The position numbers and the translations under genes were made by a program. Of a DNA stretch of 64,000 nt, positions 39,340 through 48,113 are shown one piece after another. This stretch comes from Eukaryota sp. GEM-RC1 (taxonomy: Eukaryota). The notes under the pieces are model-generated. The model was not told where the DNA came from. It ran no database searches and saw only the letters and a program-made list of their open reading frames with translations. Position 1 is the first letter of the stretch. Each line of letters starts with the position of its first letter. The stretch spans positions 124,001-188,000 of the forward strand of contig JAUFOQ010000016.1 of NCBI GenBank assembly GCA_040285855.1, written 5' to 3'.

Positions 39340-40160
39340 AGAGTAATTACTTTTGCGTTATCAGTCCACAATTTGAAGGTTTGCTTGTTGTGTGCGAGTA
39401 AATTAAACTCTTTCTCTATTTCCTTGTTAACGGTTATGCCTGGTACTACTTTTCGAAATTCTGTGAAGTACGTAGTTAATTCTAATGACGACAAAATTAA
39501 ATTCGGTACGTGTTTCCGAAACAATTTCGAACAAACATTTTCCAAACTTCTACCACCTTTGAACACATAAGTAGACTTTGTAACATTTGCCAAGTCTAGA
39601 GAAACAAAAGGTCCGAAATTGCAAAGCTTACACCATCTATGAAACCAGTTGGGTACGTAGGGTCTGTATGGATTATCTAAATGAAAATTGGTCTGAATCT
39701 TGAACATTTCACACCGTTTAATCAAAAAAGGAAACAACAGTTCATCAGTGTTATAACCAATCAACAATCTGGGTTTTGTTTGGCATAAAACTTGGATAAG
39801 TTCCCCAATCATGGCTTCTTCTGAAGCACAAACAATTATTTCGACATTTTCAAATGTATTGTTTATGTTCTTTTTACTAAAAATAACAGTTGAAGTGAAA
39901 TTAGCATAGATAAATTTGAGACTGATAAAGATTATTTTGTCTTCTTTATCCAAAGGATTTGCAAACAGTTCTGCTCTCGATGCTTCAACTTCTTCTTTGA
40001 TTTTAGGTATATCAGCATCCTCTGGTTCCTCAGAGTCATCTTCAATATCATCAGAGTCGACACTTTTTTTAGGCAATACAGTTTTAGGTGATTTGAGAAT
40101 TCTTGGGTTAAGTCGTTTTGCATCAGTAATCATTGTTTTAAAATCAATTAAACAAAATGT
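39340..40160 (-). other. Degenerate family-B DNA polymerase 3'-5' exonuclease-like domain within ORF 39129-40427
   Basis: CLIDFKT (ExoI-like), DKIIFIS, SEEAMI..L..L....PRLLIGYN....FPFLIKR (ExoII-like), LDL..........SLENV. No polymerase palm motifs are present. Confidence 0.6.
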
Positions 40161-40443
40161 TGGGATTTCTTCTGTTTCTGTTAATTCTGATAGATTCGAT
40201 TTCTTAAATGGAGGAGTAATTCCACTTTTTTGAGGTTTATGTACATGTAGTTCTTTTTTAGATGAGGAGACTAAGGTGTCTACAGAAACAACTTCTTTTA
40301 CAGGTTCAGTGTGTAGACTTTCTTCCATGATAAGTATATCCTTTTGCATTGACGGTGGATATAAAGAAATAGATGCTTGTAATTTTGGTGGTAGGTCTGT
40401 TAACCTAATAGACAATTCTTTGGACATTAGCTGTTCGTCTTCT

Positions 40444-40475
<32 letters not shown>

Positions 40476-40519
40476 TCTCTTCTTCTTCTTCCTCTAGTGG
40501 ATTAAGTGATTCAAGATAC

Positions 40520-41760
40520 GAGTAGATTTCGTTTCGAACAGCAAGAGCATCAATTTCCATATTAAGCAACGACGCTTCAGCATGAGACAGGCTTGGAAGT
40601 TCATTTTGAATGTTCAAAAATTGGTGAATATACTCTATAACATAGATTCCACAATCATTGGGCGTCTGCTTTCGCGTAACAGGAAAAACAATTGGTTTGA
40701 ATTCAAGAATGCTAAGAACTGATACTACTATAGAAAGGACATTTGTCAGCAGAGAAGTCTTGATAATATTTCCATCCTGTGCAAAATCACCAGTATCGTA
40801 GTTTGGGTCAATAAACATCCAGTTCCTGATTTGACAATCAATGATAATCAAACCCCAATGAATACCAGATTGTGCTGGTTCTGTAAATCCATCATTCAAG
40901 GGAGCAATAAGAAATCTGTTGCCTCGCTTTAAACATTCGAGAGTTTTATCAAGTAGAAAAGATGACAGATTGTGACTAGTGATGTAATACTTCATCACTG
41001 AAGGGGGGATAAAAGAAGTCCAATCGTAACCATACATTTCAAATAATTTCTTACAAAATAGTCGTATAACTTCATCATCGACCCAGTTATTCGGTTCCAC
41101 AGAGGTCAAAGTCTCATCAGAAACAACTTTTTTGGGTTTAGTCTCTGATCGACTCAAACGGTTCTGAATCTCTTGTCGAACTTCTACAGTGTTTATGTTG
41201 GCAATTTCAAGCAATTTGGATTCCAAATACAGCCCAGGGATTGTTCGTAATTGTGACAAAAGTTCAATAAATTTCTCCATATATTTTAGGACATAAATTA
41301 CACTGTCGTTTAAAGTTTGCTTGGTTGCAACAGGAATTGGTTTGAAATTATAAGTTCCAAAAGTTGTTTGAACTATATTGAATATCTGTTTCAAAGACGA
41401 AGATTCTATTGAAGAATCTGAATCACACTTTGGATCAATAAAAATACCTTCCAAACGCACACAATCGACAATAACTAGCCCCCAGTGTGTTCCATCATTG
41501 GCCGGTTCTGTCATGGAATCATTTAGTGGGATTATGAGATAGTTGTATCCTTTTGCCTTAGTGACATTGACTTTGTCATTGATAAAAACATCTAACGATA
41601 AATCAGGAAAAAGATAATATCCTTTTAAAAGAGCAGGTTGAATAAAAAGATCATCGAAATCAACACTAGATGCTTGTAGTTCGAAATATGTTTGAAATAT
41701 GGATCTAGAAAACTCAACAAAGACTTCATCATCTACCAAATGATCAGGTTGCAAACAATC
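40520..41760 (-). other. Tandem Ulp1/SENP8-like (C48) protease domains within ORF 40405-42483
   Basis: Two copies of (W/L)VDDEV...P...PLND....GxHWGL.I.D.......IDP...KQT.ND(C/S)(G/V)IYV. Confidence 0.85.
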
Positions 41761-41778
41761 TAAAGCTTGTTGAGAAAC

Positions 41779-41802
41779 TGGCCCTGGATTGGATTCCACG
41801 TC
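41779..41802 (-). other. 2A-like ribosome-skipping (StopGo) motif
   Basis: DLTMDG-DVESNPG|P is an exact match to D(V/I)ExNPGP, in frame just before the first protease domain. Confidence 0.85.
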
Positions 41803-41883
41803 ACCATCCATGGTGAGATCTTCTTTGAATGGATGACGGGAGGAGAAAACTGTACAAGAGAGGTCTGAAACACTTCGCGAGGG

Positions 41884-42451
41884 AGAACCACACACGGCAT
41901 AGCTCTTATTTTTAAGTATGTGTGTGTAGTTCATTGGAGGGGAATTGACACGGAGGGGAGAAACTGTACCGTCAGCGAGAGAAGAATCACACACGGCATA
42001 GCTCTTATTTTTAAGTATGTGTGTGTAGTTCATTGGAGGGGAATTGACACGGAGGGGAGAAACTGTACCGTCGGCGAGAGAAGAACCACACACGGCATAG
42101 CTCTTATTTTTAAGTATGTGTGTGTAGTTCATTGGAGGGGAATTGACACGGAGGGGAGAAACTGTACCGTCAGCGAGAGAAGAACCACACACGGCATAGC
42201 TCTTATTTTTAAGTATGTGTGTGTAGTTCATTGGAGGGGAATTGACACGGAGGGGAGAAACTGTACCGTCAGCGAGAGAAGAACCACACACGGCATAGCT
42301 CTTATTTTTAAGTATGTGTGTGTAGTTCATTGGAGGGGAATTGACACGGAGGGGAGAAACTGTACCGTCAGCGAGAGAAGAACCACACACGGCATAGCTC
42401 TTATTTTTAAGTATGTGTGTGTAGTTCATTGGAGGGGAATTGACACGGAGG
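41884..42451. repeat. 99-bp tandem repeat, ~5.7 near-identical copies, in frame (33 aa)
   Basis: Units start at 41884, 41983, 42082, 42181, 42280 and 42379 and encode LRVNSPPMNYTHILKNKSYAVCGSSLADGTVSP on the minus strand. Confidence 0.95.
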
Positions 42452-42873
42452 AGAGAGCGAGAGGACCTCATCCCGCTAAACATGTATGCGAGAGTAATGA
42501 TGAAGAGTATCTGTAAACTGATCTGGACTACAGTTGACTTTTTGCGACATCTTCAATTTGACAATACACCTGACATACATTCAATTTCTTTTAACGACAT
42601 GTGATGAACGAATAATTCTAATGACATCATGTATACACAAACACAGTACTGTACTGTGTGGATTGAAACAAACCAACATTGATGTCAATTTACTACCCTA
42701 CAGTACGTTAAAAGTTATAAAGACTGTATGTAAGATTTATCTAAGTAATGTGAGTAGTGATAACAATAGATGTACATATAAATAAGATCAAGTAAGTCAC
42801 TGTCTGAGGTGTAGAATTAACCATAAAAACTAAGAACGAAAAAATTTATAAAGAACGAAAAAATGAATAAAGA

Positions 42874-45456
42874 CTATTCCCTCATTTTGTATTCCTCATC
42901 TGTAAGATTTTGCCTCAAAAACGCGTGGAAAGTATTCCACTTTTTGCTTTTGGGGTTGTTTGTTATCCATGATAACAAACAGTGCGTTTTCAGTTCTTTG
43001 TTGAATAAAAGGAAATGTTGTTGGCGTATCTGGAAGATCAATAATAATTGATATCTGACACCTAAATTCGGAAAATTTTTCCAAAATTCCCCAATTAGCA
43101 AACAATACTGAGTTTGGTTTCGTGTTGAACTGGTGCATTGTGAAATTATAAGCACTTTGAGTGACAGGTTTGGTTTTGCTACTGGCAAATTGGAGAGCAT
43201 TAATGGTACCGTTCTTGGTTTCTTCACTAAACAAACTGCGATACCTCAGTACATCTTGTCTAGATTTAAACAATACAGCAATTTTTTCATGGGGTAACTT
43301 CCTTGTTTGGAGGATACCATGTAATAACCTTTTAAAATTGAACTGATATCCGCAAATTTGCAATGAACAAGGTTGAACTTTTTTCCTTTCAGTTGAATAG
43401 GAGGTCCTTCAGCTGGTGATAGTTTGTTTGGGTGAGATGATTTATCCAAACTTCTACAATATGATTGGAAATCAATTTGTTCCAAAGTTGTTTCACCACC
43501 AGAACGACACAAAGTCATCACTTCTCCTGACACATCAACAATTCCAATTGTCATTGAAGTATGAGAAAAAAATAGTTGACATGGCTCTTGTATGCCCGTA
43601 GATATACAAAATGAGATTTCTTTTTGTTTTTCACTTATACCTATACACGTTCCATCATTTGTGATACACAAAAATAATTCAAATGCTTCAATGAAAATAC
43701 AGTCTACCAGACTAATTTTCTCACTTGTAGGGTAAAAATCATAGACAGATTCAAGGCGATGTATAACATTGCTTTCCCCATCAGTTCTTGTGAGATCGAC
43801 GGATGACTCGCTTAAAACCAAGACAAAACCTTCTTTGTAAACATGAAGTTTGGTGAAGAGCTTTCTTGGTCTATCTTTTGGTTCACGTTGCAAGTCAGCA
43901 TGAAATTGAATATCTGTCACACTGACGGTGTAATCAGTAATGTAAATGAAACTGTCACATAAGGTTACAATATCCTTTAATCCTCTTGTTTGACTAGTTA
44001 AAGTCCGCCTGACTCCAGACATTTCAAGTTCGTATATAAACTTTTCCGTCATTACCAAGCATCCCCTAAAATAGTGACCAGGCAAAAATATTGCAACAAT
44101 TCTTTCATCAAGTTGGTGTTGCGTATATTTTCCATTTTCGGTACAACTGTCTACGCTGTTTAAATAAGATGACTCATTGTATAAAGGTAGATTAAGGAGT
44201 TTAATCATTGACTCTTTAACATAAATAACAGATAATCCATCAGAAGAAATGTCAAAGGGACTATCACTATCGATTTTGTCCAAAATTGAACTGAATTTGT
44301 GATCTGTAAGATCAAGAATCATAAGATAATATGAGCCATTGAGAAGACAACGAGCAACCAATCGAGTTGTCGTCGGTACAACCACACACTGTTGAACGAC
44401 AAGTTGTACAAAGGTAAATTTACCAGCTATGTTAGGTACAGGTCTTTGAAAACAAGTTTTTGAGCCTTCCATGACGCAATAGGTTCTGTACTATACAAAG
44501 CAGTAGTAGAAGTAGTAAAAGCAGTAGTAGAAGTAGTAGTAGGAGCAAGAGTAGTAGAAGCAGTAGGAGCAAAAGCAGTAGAAGCAGTAGAAATAGTAGG
44601 AGCAGTAGAAATAGTAGGAGCAGAAGTAGTAGTAGGAGGAACTGTATCTTGCCAATACAATGTAATAATAGATCCTTTTCCAGTAACAAAATAAATTTCT
44701 GGTTTTTTGATAGAAGGAAAAATTTTGATAATACCTGCATCCCAGTTACGTTTAAAACGATCACTAAAAAAAGACAGAAGCGGCTCGATTATCAGTATTA
44801 AAGAAACCAATACGATTATTTCTAGTCACAAAAATGATGACTTTGGGATGACCATATATTCCACATGCATCAACAATACAATCATATGGCTCAGGTCCTT
44901 CCAACCACCCCTGTGGTCTTAACAGAAAATCTACTTCGATTTGAGATTTTGAAACCGTCACAATATGTAACGAAGTCTTTGCAACCACGAGTCGTGAATG
45001 AATATCATTTGGAATTACACCAAATTTGAATCCACCCGTAGCATAACTGTGCATTTCAGCATCTGAGAAGCTGAAGGCATCTTTATTTGCCCAGAAAACC
45101 GAAGTACTTGTTAATAACAAATGTGTATCAAAGGAATCTCCCAGTTTTACAAATGTGGAATCAAGGGCTACTTCGTTTCTTGGAAGTAAGGTAAACGCAT
45201 CGTTACCAGTCCTATCGGGAAGTTGTACAGATTTCAAATAACCACCAATGGTACCGACAAACAAACGGTCATTATCTGTACTTACTAAAGATGTTGACTT
45301 GATTTGATTTTTAAATTCACGGTACATTTGATTCTTATACGAAGCATTCTGTGCTTGCATGTATGTGATCATAACTTGATCAGTGGTGGGTGTGAATACA
45401 TAAAAAAAGTAGGCCTGGGTTGGTGATGTAATGTTCATAGTAATGTTGTCCACCAA
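42874..45456 (-). CDS. Unknown ~850-aa protein (stitched; beta-strand rich, possibly propeller-like) with a T/A/S/P low-complexity linker
   Basis: Overlapping ORFs 44764-45456, 44427-44810, 43246-44472 and 42874/42896-43363 form a chain. No catalytic motif was recognised. Confidence 0.45.
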
Positions 45457-47560
45457 TTTGTTTCAACGGGCGAGTGACATTTTGGGCGAACTTATGCACA
45501 CGCAAAAATGTCACTCCCCGAAGAAACCATTTGGAGGAATTCAGATAATTTGTTTTGGGGACTTTCTTCAATTGGCCCCTGTTGTGAAAAGTCTTGATGG
45601 AAAAGGAAATCGAAAAGTGATAATTTCTGATTTCGCTTTTTCATCAAGAGCTTGGAACAATTTAAATTTTAAATATTGTGAACTGGCTGGTAGTATTCGA
45701 CAGCAATCAGATTCCCAATTTTTTAATTTTCTAAATCAATTGAGATTGGGTCTTTTGATAATTTTATGAAATCAATTCTGCGTAATCATTTCGAAACAGC
45801 AGAATCTGTTGAAAACCCAACAATTTTATACGGAAAGAATACTGATGTTACTAGAGAAAATTTAAAACAATTCAAAATTCTGGCAAAATTCAGATTCAAT
45901 TGAATTTGTAGCTGTTGACAAATTCAATGAATCTGAATTAAAATCTCAAATTAGAAAAAGAAGTTCTAGATTTCCGGTCAATGAATCTAATTTGGAAAAA
46001 TATTATGACATTGAAACTTCTGTGCTGAAAAATCGTTTAGATGACTTTGCTGAAAAAAAAACTTGACTGTGTTGTTGGTGGACAAGTGATGTACACTCAA
46101 AATAAGCCTGAACTTGGACTAGTTAATGGTTCAAAAGGAGTTATTGTTAATTTTTCAGATACATATATTGATGTTCGGTTCAACGCTGAAGCAGAACCGA
46201 AAAGAATCAGTCAGACAAGGTTTGCTATCGAACACTTGAACGAAATCGGAAGACCTGTTCAAGTGGCGAAAAGAATTCAGTTTCCGCTAAGACCTTGTTG
46301 GGCGATAACAGTGCATCGATCCCAAGGTTTAACAATTGACGGGATTGAAGTTGCTATTCAGTTTTGGGAATATGCCCAACTTTATGTGACCTTAAGTAGG
46401 GTTAGGTCTTGGAGGAGTTTAAAGATTTTAAGCATTGGAAGAAGTTATCCAGTACCAAATTTGGAATTGTATCAATGGTATTATTCAACTTTTCATCCTG
46501 TTAAGCCATCCACTATTGATTTGTATGTTTTGGGAAATCAACATTCTTCAACAAGATTTCAATCATTTTAATTCATTGTTTGCAAACTTTTGTGCAGAAT
46601 CGAGTGTATCAGTTATGGATGATGTTGTTGTTCCTGAAGATGTTCATTGTGTTGATGAAGTTGTTGATGAAGTTATTGTTGATAATGTTGATGAACAAAT
46701 TATTGAAAATAATGATAATCAAATTATTGACTTGGACAAAAATCATTTAGACAAATCAAATTTATTTGAAACAGAAGCACTACTATCAGGATCCGATTCT
46801 GGTGATGAATCTGACAGTGATACAATTTCAACAAGTTTAGATGATTTTGTGGTAAATGATGAAGAAGATGAAACTAATATTCCTCCCAAATTTATTAATT
46901 GTGACTCAATTTTTAACAAAAATTCCCCAGAGAATGGTGTCAATAAGTCTAAACTTCCTCAGTTACCACGAAGCAAAAGTATTATGCCATCACTTCCCCG
47001 TTTGAAGAAAACCTCTTTACCAACGAAGATTTTATTATTAAAAAAGAATGTCAGTGCTGGTATAGAAAGAAAAAAGTTCCCCAGTGTTTCCTCTTATTGA
47101 TGATGAAAAACGATTTTGTCTCAAGGAAGTTCAGACTGAAAGCTTTGATAATGAAAAATGTGATTCCATATGTGAATATCAACAAACTGACAATGTGAAT
47201 TATGAAACAATATCATTGTCTCCTATTTTGGAGTATAATCGCGTTGCTACTTCAAAACAATTGAGAGTGGACTTAACTATTGGAATTCAGTCAATTGTCG
47301 ATAATGTACTAGATTGTATTGGATCTGAATCTGCATCAAGTATGGAAGTGAAAACAATAAGAAACTGTTACATTACCGATGTGATTAATAAGGATAATGT
47401 TGATGCACGTTATTGTAGTGATGTGCTTGTGGAATTGTTTCATGTTTTGAAAGAGTATTTGAAAAATGATGAAAAGACTGGTATGTGTGTTTTATTTGAA
47501 TTATATTTAATTTTGAAAAGATTGGACAATATAGGTAATTTTGATAGTTTCATCTTGTAA
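45441..47560 (+). pseudogene. PIF1-family SF1B helicase, 5'-truncated and frameshifted, with an acidic C-terminal extension
   Basis: MLSTNLF, KPFGGIQIICFGDFLQLAPV, SIRQQSD..F...L..LRLG, VGGQVMYTQN....LVNGSKG, RIQFPLRPCWAITVHRSQGLT, QLYVTLSRV. The Walker A and DE motifs are missing. Confidence 0.85.
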
Positions 47561-47730
47561 AACACATCTTGTATTACACATCTTGTAAAACACATCTTGT
47601 ATTACACATCTTGTAAAACACATCTTGTGTTACAAATGTTGTGTTACACATCTTGTAAAACACATCTTGTAAAACACATCTTGTAAAACACATCTTGTGT
47701 TACAAATGTTGTGTTACACATCTTGTGACA
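47551..47730. repeat. 14-bp minisatellite, 13 units
   Basis: CATCTTGT(AAA/ATT/GTT)ACA in strict 14-bp period, with two variant units AATGTTGTGTTACA at 47635 and 47705. Confidence 0.95.
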
Positions 47731-48113
47731 ACTAGAAGACAATAGATAGTGACAATAGACTGACATAAGTGACTTAACTTTATGAACAAAAGAAAAACAC
47801 AATCAATCAAGATTTCCAAGTCGACATATGCTTTCAGCTTGTGACGGTCAGAATGAGAAGATGAAAGATTATCATAAGAAGGAGTATATGCACTGTTTAT
47901 CCAGCGAGAGATCGTACTTTGCGAGACAATGAAGAAAGAAAGATGTATCTTCCCCATCCAGAGATAGGACCAAACAGTCCTCACTTTGGTGTTTTCCGAA
48001 GCGTGGACAGACATGCTGATTAAGTCGAGTCTTGAGTCCCAGAGCATCTCAAAAGTGTATCCCATAAGTAAAAAAGAGTTTGTGGGAATTGGGTATGTGG
48101 GGGAATTGGTAAA

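Larger units (their letters stand above)
35400..47730. mobile_element. Accessory island / putative composite mobile element (Fanzor polyprotein, unknown ORF, PIF1 helicase); ends not defined
   Basis: Lies between BLTP2 and myotubularin and contains only TE/virus-type domains and tandem repeats. No TIR/TSD pair, transposase or HUH Rep was recognised. Confidence 0.55.

Noticed and set aside
40405..40475. Arg-rich C-terminus (RRRRRRRRGRRRRR) of ORF 40405-42483 as an NLS
   Set aside because: It arises from a one-base slip in a GAA tract. The corrected frame is poly-Glu continuing into the next ORF.
41884..42451. CRISPR-like or guide array next to an RNA-guided nuclease
   Set aside because: The units are contiguous and nearly identical with no variable spacers, and they lie in frame within a coding sequence.
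44432..44764. Poly-leucine 110-aa ORF
   Set aside because: It is an alternative-frame reading of the GTA/GCA-rich repeat that encodes the T/A/S/P linker.
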